A DNA stretch of 64,000 bases from positions 13,189-77,188 of the forward strand of contig CAZGPK010000003.1 in the NCBI GenBank assembly GCA_964527115.1, read 5' to 3'. This document shows, one piece after another, positions 26,915 to 36,277 of this stretch. The translations under genes and the position numbers were made by a program. Under the pieces are notes generated by a model, which was not told where the DNA came from, searched no databases, and worked only from the letters and a program-made list of their open reading frames with translations. Positions within the stretch are counted from its first letter, which is position 1. Each line of letters starts with the position of its first letter. This stretch comes from an uncultured Gammaproteobacteria bacterium. GTDB taxonomy: Bacteria > Patescibacteriota > Microgenomatia > UBA12405 > CAZGPK01.

Positions 26915-28039
26915 ATGAAAAGAATATTTTCCATTATTTTATTCTCGTTGATTGCCTTTTTCGCTTTTAATACTTCTGTTTTAGCCCAGACAGAAATGGT
27001 TGATGAACCACTCAAAGAAGAAACCCTTGAGGCAGTTGTGGAAAAGATATTGGAGGAGAAGCAAATAAAGCCAATGGGTTCAGAGGAGCTCCAACTCTAC
27101 CAGAAATTAGAACTTTTGGTAACAAAGGGTTCTTTAAAAGATAAAAAGATTACTGTTGAGAACGGAGATGTTGCTGTTGCTAATAATTTGAAATACAAAG
27201 TAAATGATAAAGTGATAGTCATTTTTAGTAAAAATTTTGAGGGTGATGATTACTTTTACATTACTGATTACATCAGACGCGATTCTTTGGTTTGGCTGTT
27301 TATTATTTTTGTTGTATCAGCTGTAGTTATTGCCAAATGGCGGGGAATATTGTCACTGGTAGGAATGGGTATTTCTTTTCTGGTTATTTTTTCTTTTATC
27401 CTGCCAAAAATATTAGCAGGTTCAAACCCAGTTGAAATTGCCATTTTGGGTTCGCTGATAATAATTCCAGTTTCATTTTTTCTTTCCCATGGGTTTAACA
27501 AAAAAACAATAGTGGCCATAGCGGGAACACTTATCGCCTTGATAATTACAGGGGTACTGGCAAATGTCTTTGTTGAAGCGGCTAAACTAACAGGCTTTGC
27601 CTCAGAAGAAGCAGGGTTTTTACAGGTCGCCAGACAAGGAACAGTCAACATAAAGGGATTGCTTTTGGCAGGGATTATTATTGGTGTTTTGGGAGTATTA
27701 GACGATATTACAATTTCCCAATCAGCAATAGTATTTCAACTTAAGAAGGCAAACGAAAAATTGAAATTTAACGAACTTTATAAAAGAGCCATGAATATTG
27801 GGCGAGATCATATCTCTTCAATGATCAATACACTTGTCTTAGTTTATACAGGTGCCGCCCTACCGCTTCTTCTTCTTTTCATCGATAACCCTCACCCTTT
27901 TTCAGAAATTGCTAACTATGAAATTATTGCTGATGAGATAGTTAGAACTCTGGTTGGTAGTATTGGACTTATTTTGGCAGTTCCGATTACGACAGTAATT
28001 GCCTCATTAGTAGCGGAACAAAGCAAAACTGGTCACTGA
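26915..28039 (+). CDS. YibE/F-family membrane protein
   Basis: Signal/anchor, a ~100-aa extracytoplasmic domain, then multiple TMs. The GFASEEAGFLQ and DDITISQSA segments are typical of YibE/F. Confidence 0.65.
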   Translation: MKRIFSIILFSLIAFFAFNTSVLAQTEMVDEPLKEETLEAVVEKILEEKQIKPMGSEELQLYQKLELLVTKGSLKDKKITVENGDVAVANNLKYKVNDKVIVIFSKNFEGDDYFYITDYIRRDSLVWLFIIFVVSAVVIAKWRGILSLVGMGISFLVIFSFILPKILAGSNPVEIAILGSLIIIPVSFFLSHGFNKKTIVAIAGTLIALIITGVLANVFVEAAKLTGFASEEAGFLQVARQGTVNIKGLLLAGIIIGVLGVLDDITISQSAIVFQLKKANEKLKFNELYKRAMNIGRDHISSMINTLVLVYTGAALPLLLLFIDNPHPFSEIANYEIIADEIVRTLVGSIGLILAVPITTVIASLVAEQSKTGH

Positions 28040-28322
28040 CAATTCCGGGTGAGCAAAAGTAAGGGAAGGTTTTACTTTTTCTATCTCTTCCCTTGTCTGC
28101 TGAATGAATTTAAAATCTTTAAATGTCTTGAAGATACAAGCTAATTGAGTGGTTATATTAAGGTTATGATTCTCGAGCTCGTGAAACTTTATGATTTTTA
28201 TAAACTTGGGAAATTGATTTTATTTTGTTTCCAGTCTTGGTGCTAATCTATTTCTTTAAGTAGTTTGTAAAGGAAAGTTATACTGTATAGGATACAAGTA
28301 TATTATTTGATTAAATATAACA

Positions 28323-29729
28323 ATGAATTCTGAATACGACCCTGGCAATGAAGAATATCAGCATAAAGAAAAGACTGCTGAAAGATATCAAGTAGTAATT
28401 GTTGGTGGTGGTTTAAGTGGTATTGCTCTAGCAAGACATCTCGAGAGAGCAGGGGTAGACTACTGTATTCTTGACAGCGAGCCTCTTGCAAAATCCCAAA
28501 GTGTTCATTACTTAACAACAAAACAAGCAGCTCAGTCACTTGGTTTACAAAGTGAATACGAGAATCAAGTTCATACGAGAATCCCCATCACTGGTTATAC
28601 CAGATTTGATGCAAGAGAAGATGGTTTGCAGGTTCTCGAAGCCCTGAGCCCTGATAGTAGTCGAAGTGGTGGTTTTGTAACAGTTTCTAAGCAACAAATT
28701 AAAGATAGAGCTGCTTCTGATGGAATATCATTACTTGGAAGTAACCCGGTAATAGCAGCTACACAACGTCCCGATACCGTGGATTGGGAATTAACACTTC
28801 GAAATGGAAAAACTACTTCGGCAGAAATTATAATTGATGCAACCGGAGTAAGAACAAGGGTCGCTAGACTTGCGGGGTTGGTAGACAGAGAAATGTTAGA
28901 TAATCGTAAGGTTAGATATTGTTATGGGGCAGTTCTAGAATATTTAGGACCGGAGGATAGATTATTTTTTGCAGATAGATTTCCAGAACAAGCAGATCTT
29001 GGTATTAGAGAAGGCGCTGGCTGGATTATGCCATTGGGAAACAAAACTGCAGAGGTAGTTGTTGGATGGGAAGATCGCCTAGGGGAAGTTGGCAAATGGC
29101 AAATTGGCCACCCACGTACACTATTGCGACGTTATTGCGATTGGTTTGCTGAAAGAGGAATTATGGTGAATTTCAATCAAAGACTAGAAGTGGTTTCGGG
29201 AATTTTTAGTCAACAGCCACTTGATTACAGAGCTCTTGAACATAACTCAAATTTAATACTTTTTGGAGAGTCTTTAGGGTTGAATCAGCCTCTCAACGGA
29301 TATCTAATAGGTGACATAGATGGATATGCGAGGATCTTATGCGAAGAAATTGTAAATAGATTAAACGGACGAACATGGAGACCTTATGAGGCAATTTACG
29401 CTGATCATACGTTGTTTGGTCCCCAAGTAGTCCTTAGTGAGAGAAAAACGCGGAGTGTTCTTTCTGGTGTTGGCAGATCTGCTGCCACTGCAGATCTTCA
29501 AAAATTATTGGTTGCGTGTCTGTCTCCGGATGGATTATGGAGGGCAATTGATAGCGGGGTACCAATAAAGCAAATACTTATTGGAGTAGTTTCCAATCCG
29601 AAATACTTACCTGTGATCGCAAGAATGGGGGTAGAATATTTATCTTTAATGCTGAGAGATGATCTATATCAGCGTGAAGTATGGTTAAAAATAAAAAAAA
29701 GATTAGCAAACAAAAATAAAGATAAATAA
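28323..29729 (+). CDS. FAD-dependent oxidoreductase (geranylgeranyl-reductase / lycopene-cyclase-like Rossmann protein)
   Basis: Dinucleotide fold YQVVIVGGGLSGIALARHLERAGVDYCILD. Second motif AEIIIDATGVRTRVARLAG. Confidence 0.6.
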   Translation: MNSEYDPGNEEYQHKEKTAERYQVVIVGGGLSGIALARHLERAGVDYCILDSEPLAKSQSVHYLTTKQAAQSLGLQSEYENQVHTRIPITGYTRFDAREDGLQVLEALSPDSSRSGGFVTVSKQQIKDRAASDGISLLGSNPVIAATQRPDTVDWELTLRNGKTTSAEIIIDATGVRTRVARLAGLVDREMLDNRKVRYCYGAVLEYLGPEDRLFFADRFPEQADLGIREGAGWIMPLGNKTAEVVVGWEDRLGEVGKWQIGHPRTLLRRYCDWFAERGIMVNFNQRLEVVSGIFSQQPLDYRALEHNSNLILFGESLGLNQPLNGYLIGDIDGYARILCEEIVNRLNGRTWRPYEAIYADHTLFGPQVVLSERKTRSVLSGVGRSAATADLQKLLVACLSPDGLWRAIDSGVPIKQILIGVVSNPKYLPVIARMGVEYLSLMLRDDLYQREVWLKIKKRLANKNKDK

Positions 29730-29746
29730 GCTAATTTTTTAAAGCA

Positions 29747-29777
29747 GGGGTTCAAGTCTCGTCCGACACGGGGAGTC
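29747..29777 (+). repeat. Island repeat copy 3 (divergent)
   Basis: ggggttcaagtctcgtccgacacggggagtc lies 18 nt after the stop of the FAD protein gene. About 18/32 ungapped matches to copy 2, sharing the GTTC.A...GTCC...CGGGGAG skeleton. Confidence 0.4.
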
Positions 29778-29834
29778 AGTAATATTCTTATTCCAGAGAA
29801 GTGACTAATAATCACCGGTAATTTGAGAGTTAAT

Positions 29835-31421
29835 TTAATTTCTTGGGCTAGCCTGGTACCCCTGTAAAAGAATCTCATTGTGATTGTCTTTTATTAAAAA
29901 AACTTCCTGAAGAGAATGGTCAGATATTTGGTCAGGAGAGATAGATAGATTATCCCCCACTATTACCTGATCTGGGGATATATCATATTTCCAGTCGATA
30001 GGTTTCACTTTGACATTGGCAAAGTTGACGTTGGGATTAAAGGCTCTATCGGTGTAGTATTGGTCACTGTTTTGAGGATTTTCCTCTTGGAAACTGGCTG
30101 GTGGGTATTTTAAATAATAAAGGAGAAGAATGTATGGAACAGTCCGACTATTGTCGATGATAAATTCTTTTTGGGGATTTTCACTTATATAGCTGGACAA
30201 TTGTTTGTATCCATAATTCCAGGCCTTTGCCCTTTGTACTGGAAAAAGGAGGTAGTATGAGCGAAAGAGGAGAAGTAAAGAAAATAGTGAAAGCCCAATC
30301 AGTGCTGGGTATTTTATTGGCTTTTTTATTTTGTATAAAATCCGATCCATCCCAATGGTAATAATTAACGTGTAGGGCAAAAGTAATGGCAGGGCTCTCT
30401 GGGTAGAATAATTGGTATTGGCTAAGGCAGCGGGAACTGGGGCAAGTAGGATGAGACCAAATAGGTAACGATATATTTTATTTTTTCGGTTTGTATAAAG
30501 AGTATATAGACCAGTAATCCAGGGAATAAACATCCACGAATAAAATACAGCTAGCTTGGGAATTGATCTTTGCAAATCATAGTCCTGATTATTGAATAAA
30601 TTATTCGGGGAAAAATAGGACAGATATTGGCTAATAAATGAGGTGCTAAGACTATCACTTTTTACCCAAAACGCAGGCTTGGTCAACATCCATAGATTGG
30701 GAAGCTGAATGAGCAAGGCAATGACTATTGGCCAGGTCAAAGTTTTTTGGGGACGGCGTTTGGTGTGAAAAAGAACGAGGATTAGAGCGATCAGAAGTGG
30801 AGCCAGATAGCGTTGGGTATGAGCGGCATGGGTGGAAAGAGAGAGGAGGGGCAAGGATAGGTATGGCTTTCTGTATAGCAGAATTCCAAAAGATATTAGG
30901 GCAAAGGCAAAAGTAGTTTCGTATCCCAAGCGGGCATTAAAAACTGTCCAGGGACTAATTAAAAATATAAATACTCCGATAAGTTTTGAGCTTTTTGACT
31001 TTAGCAGATTCTCTTTGGTGAAAAAATAATATATTGCCAGGGCAACTGCTAACATTGAGACTGAGGATAAGAGTCTCAATGAAAAGTCGTTTAGACCAAG
31101 AAGGCGAATGATGATAGCTTGCAGATAGACATATAGACCGGGGGTATAGGAGCCGAAAAATTTAAAGTTTAATGGTAATAGTTGGCCATAATGGTCCCTT
31201 AATGTTTGGGAAATTGAGTAGGCATCATAAGCGGCAACTGCCTCATCAACATAAACTGCTGGAGGAATAGAGTCGAGGCGGTAAAGATAAAGAAAGAGAG
31301 CAAACGTTAGAACCAATAATAGGCAGATTTTACTTTTTAATAAGCGAAGCAAGACCATAGATGGAAGATAAAAATATAAAAGGGTAAAGGCTATAATTGT
31401 TGGAAATATTTTCTGGTCCAA
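29835..31421 (-). CDS. GT-C-type (GT39/GT83-like) polytopic glycosyltransferase
   Basis: The first extracytoplasmic loop has YVDEAVAAYDAYSI (the DE motif of PMT/ArnT-like enzymes). About 12 TM. The start is probably M22 (31358), and the N-terminus overlaps the upstream ORF. Confidence 0.6.
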   Translation of the reverse strand: MDQKIFPTIIAFTLLYFYLPSMVLLRLLKSKICLLLVLTFALFLYLYRLDSIPPAVYVDEAVAAYDAYSISQTLRDHYGQLLPLNFKFFGSYTPGLYVYLQAIIIRLLGLNDFSLRLLSSVSMLAVALAIYYFFTKENLLKSKSSKLIGVFIFLISPWTVFNARLGYETTFAFALISFGILLYRKPYLSLPLLSLSTHAAHTQRYLAPLLIALILVLFHTKRRPQKTLTWPIVIALLIQLPNLWMLTKPAFWVKSDSLSTSFISQYLSYFSPNNLFNNQDYDLQRSIPKLAVFYSWMFIPWITGLYTLYTNRKNKIYRYLFGLILLAPVPAALANTNYSTQRALPLLLPYTLIITIGMDRILYKIKKPIKYPALIGLSLFSLLLLFRSYYLLFPVQRAKAWNYGYKQLSSYISENPQKEFIIDNSRTVPYILLLYYLKYPPASFQEENPQNSDQYYTDRAFNPNVNFANVKVKPIDWKYDISPDQVIVGDNLSISPDQISDHSLQEVFLIKDNHNEILLQGYQASPRN

Positions 31422-31812
31422 AAAGGAGTGAAAACACTATTGGAATCAATAAAGTAATGGCAAGAAAAGCATGGTGTTTATCTTCAATAATTTTAAATAA
31501 ACCTAAAATAACAAGCGGGGTGATAAAAAAGGGAAGAGACTTCAAATCAATGACATTGAAAAACTTGCTCTGCAGTTTAAAAAAAATGCGGCTTTCAGGC
31601 CGTTCTTCGATGATATGGGCCAAGCGGTAATATCTGGGGGGGTAATCAATCATTCTTTGTCTCATTTCAACAAGTTCAATTTCTGATTGATATGTCAATG
31701 AATGATAGTTTGATCGGAAAATTTGGCGGACACTTAGAAATATTACTAAAAACAATAAAAAAGAGAGAAAAGATTTCTTTTTAAACATTGTGTATTGGTA
31801 GAATATTAGCAT
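31330..31812 (-). CDS. Hypothetical 4-TM membrane protein
   Basis: A 160-aa ORF with hydrophobic segments. Co-oriented with, and overlapping, the GT-C gene start. No recognisable motif. Confidence 0.35.
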   Translation of the reverse strand: MLIFYQYTMFKKKSFLSFLLFLVIFLSVRQIFRSNYHSLTYQSEIELVEMRQRMIDYPPRYYRLAHIIEERPESRIFFKLQSKFFNVIDLKSLPFFITPLVILGLFKIIEDKHHAFLAITLLIPIVFSLLFGPENISNNYSLYPFIFLSSIYGLASLIKK

Positions 31813-31816
31813 ATGA

Positions 31817-31847
31817 CTAGCTCGAACATATTTCAGTCGAGAGAGCT
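31817..31847 (+). repeat. Island repeat copy 4
   Basis: ctagctcgaacatatttcagtcgagagagct has 24/31 matches to copy 1. It sits directly upstream of the minus-strand gene start at 31812. Confidence 0.65.
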
Positions 31848-32064
31848 GGGGAAACTTAGTATTTATCTAGCCTGGGCTTTTACTTTTTCTTTGGGATTTT
31901 GGCTTGGCTGATAGAAGATACTACCCTACCCTTTTTTGTTTGACTTATGCTGTTTCTCTTGGAGAAGCAAAGTGAAGGGGTACCGGTCAAGAAAGATAAA
32001 TTGATTGGCCGTCTACAGCACTTAATTTTTAATATATACTGATAAATTGAAGGAGGTGATGAAT

Positions 32065-32469
32065 ATGAAAAAAATTATAACGTTGCTTTTTGTTCTGGCT
32101 GGTATTTTAGGTTTCACTTTTGTAAAAGGCACAATTGCACAAGCTGACATGTTGGTGTCTCCTGGTGTATGGGTGAAAGGTACAAGCGCAGTTGAGGAAA
32201 TTACCATCCATCTCGCTTATCCCCTTTCTGAAGCGACAGAAGGTGTTGACCTAAATATTTTAGACAAAAACTATGAACTATTTGAACCAATAGAGGAAGG
32301 GAGCTTTACAATGAGTGCAGACTCCAGGGGAGATCTGGTTATTAAGTTTGTCCCAGAGATTGGCAAATATACTATTGGTGATTCTTATATTGTAAGAGTG
32401 ACTATAGGTGAAAAGTCATGGGATTTTACGGTGACAATTAAGGAAGCAGGGGTTGTTGATTCTGAGTAG
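32065..32469 (+). CDS. Small secreted beta-rich protein
   Basis: AGGAGG at 32051-32056, 8 nt before the ATG at 32065. Signal peptide MKKIITLLFVLAGILGFTFVKGTIAQA. A strong terminator follows. Confidence 0.55.
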   Translation: MKKIITLLFVLAGILGFTFVKGTIAQADMLVSPGVWVKGTSAVEEITIHLAYPLSEATEGVDLNILDKNYELFEPIEEGSFTMSADSRGDLVIKFVPEIGKYTIGDSYIVRVTIGEKSWDFTVTIKEAGVVDSE

Positions 32470-32482
32470 TAGTCAGGGAACA

Positions 32483-32525
32483 AAAAATGCAGGGATGGGC
32501 CAGAAGGCTCCCTGCATTTTTTTTG
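32483..32525. terminator. Bidirectional intrinsic terminator
   Basis: The stem aaaaatgcaggga / tccctgcattttt has a 13-nt loop and is flanked by A- and T-runs. It lies between convergent genes. Confidence 0.8.
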
Positions 32526-32540
32526 TGGACTGTTTGTTTT

Positions 32541-33581
32541 TTAGCGGTAGATATTAAAACTTGAGACTATTTCGTTTATGTTTGCTGACATGTCTTGGTA
32601 TCGATCCCCTTCGCTCCCACTTAGGGGGTTATCAAGAGACTGGGTAAAGTAAAAAACTTTATCAGCGTCTCTTTCCAATTCTTTTCCATAAAAGATGGTA
32701 TTTTCTTCACTTTTTAAGGTTTCCCATTCTGACAAGCTTACTTTGTGGATAGTAAAAAGTTGATAGCTTATGCCGGCAGTTTGAAAATTAAAAATTGCCG
32801 TTTTCGGGGATAGCTCAACTTTGTAAAAATTAGACCATGAACTGGGGATTTTTAGACTAAAACCGAGCTGGCTGTTGAGGTAGTTATTTTCGTTTGGATT
32901 TGGGCGGTTGGTAAATTTAAAAGTTGAGAGTATCTGGTTTTTTATTTGCTCAAAACCTTGGTTCCCCGGGTCTGAAATTGAAAAGGTGATGTGAATAAAA
33001 GCTGAGTCTGATCCTTTTTCTAAGATAATGTGCTGGAAGGTCCCCAAACCTTCTTCTGTAAAAGTTAAGCCCTGGTAATTGTTGAGGGAAATACTTTTGG
33101 GATCTTCTGTGATCTCCACCATCCCCTGGTCTTCTATTCCCTTAATCAAGGAATTGGTGAAATTAGTTAAAGTGGTTGAGATTTCTCTGGGTTCAAAGCT
33201 TAGGGAAATTCCATCGTATAGCTCGGTACCCTCTTTCTGGGTTGGTCCCCACTTTTGCAAGATAGCGGTACTGGCTTCAGCTAAATGGAAAGTAAAGTCG
33301 GTTGGGTACTTAATTTCATAAGTTGAAGAGCTATGCGTTTTCCAGTCGGCGCTGGGGTCAACAGTGGGAAGCAAAGAAGGAGAGCTTGATGGAGGAGAGA
33401 GAGTGGGAATGGGAACTGAAGTTTCCTTTGTCTGAGTCTTTTTAAGGTTTAAATTCTGGTAAAGCAGAAAAGAAGTTACTCCCAGAAGAAGAAGAGGTAG
33501 AACTGCCAGGGTAATGGGCAAGAGTGGTTTTGATTTCTTTTTGAGGATAACTGGAGCTGTCTTAGCAGAAGAGATTGTCAC
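32541..33581 (-). CDS. Membrane-anchored extracytoplasmic protein, unknown function
   Basis: N-terminal TM (LLPITLAVLPLLLLGVTSFLLY), then an S/P-rich linker, then a soluble domain. Confidence 0.45.
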   Translation of the reverse strand: MTISSAKTAPVILKKKSKPLLPITLAVLPLLLLGVTSFLLYQNLNLKKTQTKETSVPIPTLSPPSSSPSLLPTVDPSADWKTHSSSTYEIKYPTDFTFHLAEASTAILQKWGPTQKEGTELYDGISLSFEPREISTTLTNFTNSLIKGIEDQGMVEITEDPKSISLNNYQGLTFTEEGLGTFQHIILEKGSDSAFIHITFSISDPGNQGFEQIKNQILSTFKFTNRPNPNENNYLNSQLGFSLKIPSSWSNFYKVELSPKTAIFNFQTAGISYQLFTIHKVSLSEWETLKSEENTIFYGKELERDADKVFYFTQSLDNPLSGSEGDRYQDMSANINEIVSSFNIYR

Positions 33582-33677
33582 AGGAAATTTATCGGATTGA
33601 TTTTTAATTTAATAGTTTTTAAGTTTAGCACAAAGGTTTGAGGCGTGATTTATCAGAACAAAACTTAGTTTTGGTTT

Positions 33678-34967
33678 TTAGGCAATTTTGTCTTTTAAGG
33701 CGTAGTAGAATTTTTCTAGATAGTCGCCGGCTAGAGCCCAATGCTCTTCACCCATGCCGGACTCAGCCATGCCCCTTTCCCTGTCAGCTAAGATTCTTAA
33801 CTGGGCCAATTTAATTGCTTGAAAATTGGAAATATTGTAGGTGTCGGCAAAAAGTTCCCTTGTTTCTTCCTCGGTGTTTTCCAGGTTTTTTTTGTTTTTC
33901 TTGTTTTCTGTTTCCTGCATTAATTTTATGCTGAAAAAGGCGACTATTTTGGGCTCAAGAGCCAAGCCCAATTCGTCTTTGACAAGGCGGCAAAATTTCC
34001 CTACTTTAGCTTTTGCTTTTTTCCAGTTTTTTCCATTGTTTCTTTCACTTAGTGCTTCCAGTAAATAATGGGCGGCTTCTTTGGCTAATTTTTTTGACAA
34101 ACCGAGCTGTTCTTTCAAGTGGTCAGCCGCATAGTCCAGGAAACGAACTCCTTCGGGAATATTGGCTAAACGCCACCAGGCAAGCTCTATCTTGGCCATT
34201 AATTCTGGTTTAAAGGTGAGATGTTTGACGGTGTCGTTGGCGCCAAATCTTCTCCTTCGGTGAGAATAGTCTAGAATTGCTTGCTTGAATTTGGCAGGAG
34301 TAAAATCGGGCAAGTGTGATTGTTCAAAGTAGTATTCGCTGTAGGTCATCTGCCAGGGTAAAAGACCACTGGTGCGCTGTTCTCCGGAGGTTCTGATAAA
34401 TAGGTCAGGGTAGGGATGGGGTTGGTTACCGGTATCTAAAAACGAGGCAAAAAGGTTTTCGTCAATTTTATCGACTGAAATACCCTGGTCAATAATCTTT
34501 TTTACTGTTCGCAGTATTTCGTCTCTGCCTCCATAATCAAGCGCTAAATTAAGGACATTGTTTTGGTACATTGAAGTGGATTCTTCAAGCTTGGCGATAG
34601 TTTTGGTAACCCGAGAAGGAAAACGGTCTTTTCTTCCCAGGTGGATAAGTCTTACTTTTTCTTTGTGGATTTCTCTGCCAATTTCACGAAGTCCGTCGTC
34701 AAGAAGTTTCATAACCTCATCGATTTCCTTTTTTGGCCTGTTCCAGTTTTCAGTAGAAAAGGCCCAAATGGTGAAAGTGTGTATTCCCAAATCCCTTGAG
34801 GCTTTGGCTAGCTTTAGTACCGCTTGGTAGCCGGCCCGATGGCCTTCCCAAGGCTTTAGGCCTCTGACCCTGGCCCAGCGGCGATTGCCGTCAAGGATAA
34901 GGGCGACATGGTCTGGCAACTTGGTTCCTTTGGGGAGAGTAAGTTTATTTTTATTTTTTTGATTCAT
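33678..34967 (-). CDS. uppS: Undecaprenyl-diphosphate synthase (cis-prenyltransferase) fused to a ~185-aa helical C-terminal extension
   Basis: HVALILDGNRRWA, FSTENWNRP and RTSGEQRTSGLLPWQ UPPS motifs lie in aa 1-245. The remaining residues are Lys/Glu-rich and helical, with no motif I recognise. Confidence 0.85.
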   Translation of the reverse strand: MNQKNKNKLTLPKGTKLPDHVALILDGNRRWARVRGLKPWEGHRAGYQAVLKLAKASRDLGIHTFTIWAFSTENWNRPKKEIDEVMKLLDDGLREIGREIHKEKVRLIHLGRKDRFPSRVTKTIAKLEESTSMYQNNVLNLALDYGGRDEILRTVKKIIDQGISVDKIDENLFASFLDTGNQPHPYPDLFIRTSGEQRTSGLLPWQMTYSEYYFEQSHLPDFTPAKFKQAILDYSHRRRRFGANDTVKHLTFKPELMAKIELAWWRLANIPEGVRFLDYAADHLKEQLGLSKKLAKEAAHYLLEALSERNNGKNWKKAKAKVGKFCRLVKDELGLALEPKIVAFFSIKLMQETENKKNKKNLENTEEETRELFADTYNISNFQAIKLAQLRILADRERGMAESGMGEEHWALAGDYLEKFYYALKDKIA

Positions 34968-35127
34968 GGGTTTTGGGACTGGCTTGATTCTTTTCTTAAT
35001 TATAGCCTTAATTTTGGCAAGAGACTTTTCTTGTTTGATATTTTTGATATTCTTTTTTGCTTGGTAGAAATAATTGGTAGAAATAAGATGAGTTGGCTGA
35101 GCTGGTTGGAAATACTTCTTTTGGAAA

Positions 35128-36222
35128 ATGTTATTGTATAATTTCTGGATGGAAGAATCATCTGGTGAGGCTGTGGCAATTTTAGCAGAATATAGAAAGA
35201 TTGTCTGGAAAGAGCTGAGTAAATATCTTAAAGAACCACGCTTTCCTCGGCAGTTTTCTCTCCCTTTAAAATTTTCGGATTCAAGTAAATTTCATTGGGA
35301 AATGGTGAGAGATTATCCGACAAGAAAGGGTAAGTACCTGAGGCCGACTCTGCTTTTGCTGGTTACAGAAGCCTTGGGATGTGAATACCAAAAGGCGCTA
35401 AAGACGGCGGTGGCAATGCAGCTTTCCGAGGAGTGGCTTCTCATTCACGATGACCTGGAGGATAATTCCTGTTCCAGAAGAGGAAAGCCGACTCTAAACA
35501 AGCTTCATGGGTTTGAATTGGCTACAAACGCCGGGGATACGCTTCATGTGATTATGTGGAAGGCGATTGCTGATATTGAAAAGCTGTTGCCGATTAAAAT
35601 TGCCCGCGAAGTAAGAGAAGAGTTTTTAAGAATATTATTTCGCACAACTGTAGGGCAAACAGCGGAACTGTTGTGGACCAAAAAAAACATATTAGATTTT
35701 AGCGACGAAGACTGGTTTTATATTGCTGACGGTAAAACCTCCTACTACACAATTGCCGGACCAATGAGATTGGGGGCAATTGTTGCCGGAGCTTCTAAAA
35801 AAGAGCTTGATAAGATAGCGGATTTTGGGCTTTTGGTAGGTAGATCATTTCAAATAACGGATGATATATTGGATCTTACCAGTGATTTTTGTGGCCTTAA
35901 GAAACAACAGTACAATGATCTTTATGAGGGGAAAAGAACAATAATTACGGGGCATTTATATCGGAAAGCGAAAAAGGGGGAAAGGGAGAAGATTAAAAAA
36001 ATATTTGCTAAAAAAAGAGAGGGGAAAAGTGAGAAGGAAATAAATTGGATAGTCCAAAAAATTAAGGAGTATGGCAGTATTCAATATGCGAAAAAGATTG
36101 CGCTTGAGCAGAAAAAAGAGGCAATGAAAATTTTTGAAAATGAGCTTAAGTTTTTAAAAGAGAGAAAGGCAAGGACAAAATTGCTCCTGCTTCTTAATTT
36201 CATAATTGAAAGAAAATACTAG
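35128..36222 (+). CDS. trans-Polyprenyl diphosphate synthase (GGPP/FPP synthase family)
   Basis: FARM LIHDDLED and SARM ITDDILD. The start may be M8 (35149). Divergent from uppS. Confidence 0.8.
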   Translation: MLLYNFWMEESSGEAVAILAEYRKIVWKELSKYLKEPRFPRQFSLPLKFSDSSKFHWEMVRDYPTRKGKYLRPTLLLLVTEALGCEYQKALKTAVAMQLSEEWLLIHDDLEDNSCSRRGKPTLNKLHGFELATNAGDTLHVIMWKAIADIEKLLPIKIAREVREEFLRILFRTTVGQTAELLWTKKNILDFSDEDWFYIADGKTSYYTIAGPMRLGAIVAGASKKELDKIADFGLLVGRSFQITDDILDLTSDFCGLKKQQYNDLYEGKRTIITGHLYRKAKKGEREKIKKIFAKKREGKSEKEINWIVQKIKEYGSIQYAKKIALEQKKEAMKIFENELKFLKERKARTKLLLLLNFIIERKY

Positions 36223-36277
36223 AATTTAGTCTTGCGGGAAAGGATGGGGAAAAAATGGATTGGGATTGGTCAAGCTA

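Larger units (their letters stand above)
20160..31850. other. Low-GC accessory island (candidate horizontally acquired region)
   Basis: Hand counts of 60-nt lines give 27-40% GC inside the island and 45-60% in flanking core genes. The composition changes at the GT4 stop codon. The borders coincide with repeat copies 0 and 4. Confidence 0.6.

Noticed and set aside
31330-31421. The 92-nt overlap between 31330..31812 and 29835..31421, considered as a frameshifted single gene.
   Set aside because: Other GT-C genes in the window begin directly with the first TM and DE loop. An internal Met (31358) shortens the overlap. There is no sequence evidence for a frameshift.
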